From NCBI GenBank assembly GCA_900617105.1, contig UYFQ01000001.1, forward strand, positions 1,612,001 to 1,676,000: a stretch of 64,000 nucleotides of DNA, given 5' to 3'. The DNA is from Hydrurus foetidus. Lineage: Eukaryota. Positions 63,011 through 64,000 of the stretch are shown here, one piece after another. A program made the translations under genes and the position numbers. The notes under the pieces are model-generated. The model saw only the letters and a list, made by a program, of their open reading frames with translations. It was not told where the DNA came from and searched no databases. Numbering within the stretch: the first letter of the stretch is position 1; every line of letters starts with the position of its first letter.

Positions 63011-63049
63011 ATTCCCAATATGGGAATTTATTTCCCCAAATGGGAAAAT
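63011..63049. promoter_or_regulatory. Tandem operator palindromes upstream of the higB-like gene
   Basis: ATTCCCAATATGGGAAT and ATTTCCCCAAATGGGAAAAT. Confidence 0.65.
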
Positions 63050-63234
63050 AATTGCTTCGACGGAAGATGCCCACACCTAGCAATAGCTCTTCAAAAAATT
63101 CACAAGTCATTATTTGCATTGCAACTCGCAGAAACCAGGGGATGCAAAAACTTCCGCAAGATCGCTTCGCGGCCTCAGATCATTGCACCCCCTCGGCTTC
63201 GCCTTCACCCCGAAGAGCGCTCAAGCCCCCGGCT

Positions 63235-63948
63235 TCAGCAGGATTCAGGATTCAATTTTCGACGCAAATAGACCTCAACCTTAGAACCAATCTCTTCTGG
63301 GAGCTCGTCGCGCACGGCCATGTCAAGCACACCAGCCAACATATAGCGACACATCGGCTCGGTTTCACTCTCGGGGTAGTGTGGGAGCAATTGCCATAGT
63401 GCAATGACGGCAAGGACTAAAGAGGCCGGATACGGCACCATCTTCACGCGGTTTTCATCCGTGTCGGCTCGGAAGCCAGCCCTATAGGTCACCGCAAACA
63501 AGTTGGACTCCGAATCCTGAATCAACTCTTCAACATTCTTCCAGTGATGCAAGTACTCAGGAAGCAACGTTAGCCAGATTTGGTTCGCCTTGTCCCTGAA
63601 GCGAGATGCCCTAACGGATGTAAATCCGGTGCGAACCAGCTCCGTGTCTAAATGACTTTGACACGCATCGCGTCCGCCTTCCAGGATGCTCCAAAGGTTA
63701 AAGGCATCTGGACCTAGGTCATACCGGACCCGAGTGCCAGGCAGGGCCTGCTCCACCAAGTTCAGCGTCGCGTGACTTGGATTGCGTCTGCCTTGAACAT
63801 AGAGCGGGAATTCCAGCGAACTAACGTAGGCAAGCGCAGGCAGGTCAACCAATTCTGATACCGCACACCCTCCGGCCTCGGCTATTCCGGCAAGCCAAAA
63901 AGAAACGCGCATCGCGGTTAACTCATCCAACTGAACACTTCTAGCCAT
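63235..63948 (-). CDS. Hypothetical island protein, possible HTH regulator
   Basis: 237-aa ORF, YVQGRRNPS..TL..VE..LPGT segment. Confidence 0.6.
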   Translation of the reverse strand: MARSVQLDELTAMRVSFWLAGIAEAGGCAVSELVDLPALAYVSSLEFPLYVQGRRNPSHATLNLVEQALPGTRVRYDLGPDAFNLWSILEGGRDACQSHLDTELVRTGFTSVRASRFRDKANQIWLTLLPEYLHHWKNVEELIQDSESNLFAVTYRAGFRADTDENRVKMVPYPASLVLAVIALWQLLPHYPESETEPMCRYMLAGVLDMAVRDELPEEIGSKVEVYLRRKLNPESC

Positions 63949-64000
63949 TTCGACCTACTCCAGTTTTAACTTCTTGTCAACGTACGCTGCCAAGCGGTTG

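Larger units (their letters stand above)
58212..64000. mobile_element. Genomic island, left end; continues beyond the window
   Basis: tRNA fragment at the border, terminal palindrome 58236-58260, AT-richer sequence, defence cargo, no family-1 repeats; no integrase in the window. Confidence 0.7.

Overview
Chromosomal window of a Comamonadaceae-type betaproteobacterium (Polaromonas/Rhodoferax-like, inferred from gene content and protein style). The core backbone carries dnaB (with a 421-aa LAGLIDADG intein), rpsF-priB-rpsR-rplI, ppsA/ppsR, a propionyl-/methylmalonyl-CoA cluster, a BciB-like reductase, dusA, dnaE, egtB and egtD, a LysR/pirin/DoxX cluster, gluQ, trmB, alaS and gabD. Accessory content comprises a toxin-antitoxin hotspot with a split wHTH-HEPN gene downstream of dnaB, two VapC modules wedged into housekeeping loci, and a decaying polyamine ABC operon. 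From about 58.2 kb an island begins at a 5' tRNA-Gly fragment and encodes HigB, HTH-IrrE, Beta protein, a methyltransferase and a restriction endonuclease. Three non-coding repeat families overlay the backbone. The most striking is a ~54-bp two-hairpin element with 18 copies, 7 overlapping ORFs in frame, all in one orientation relative to the host gene. All assignments are from motif reading and recalled family knowledge; no database search was run.
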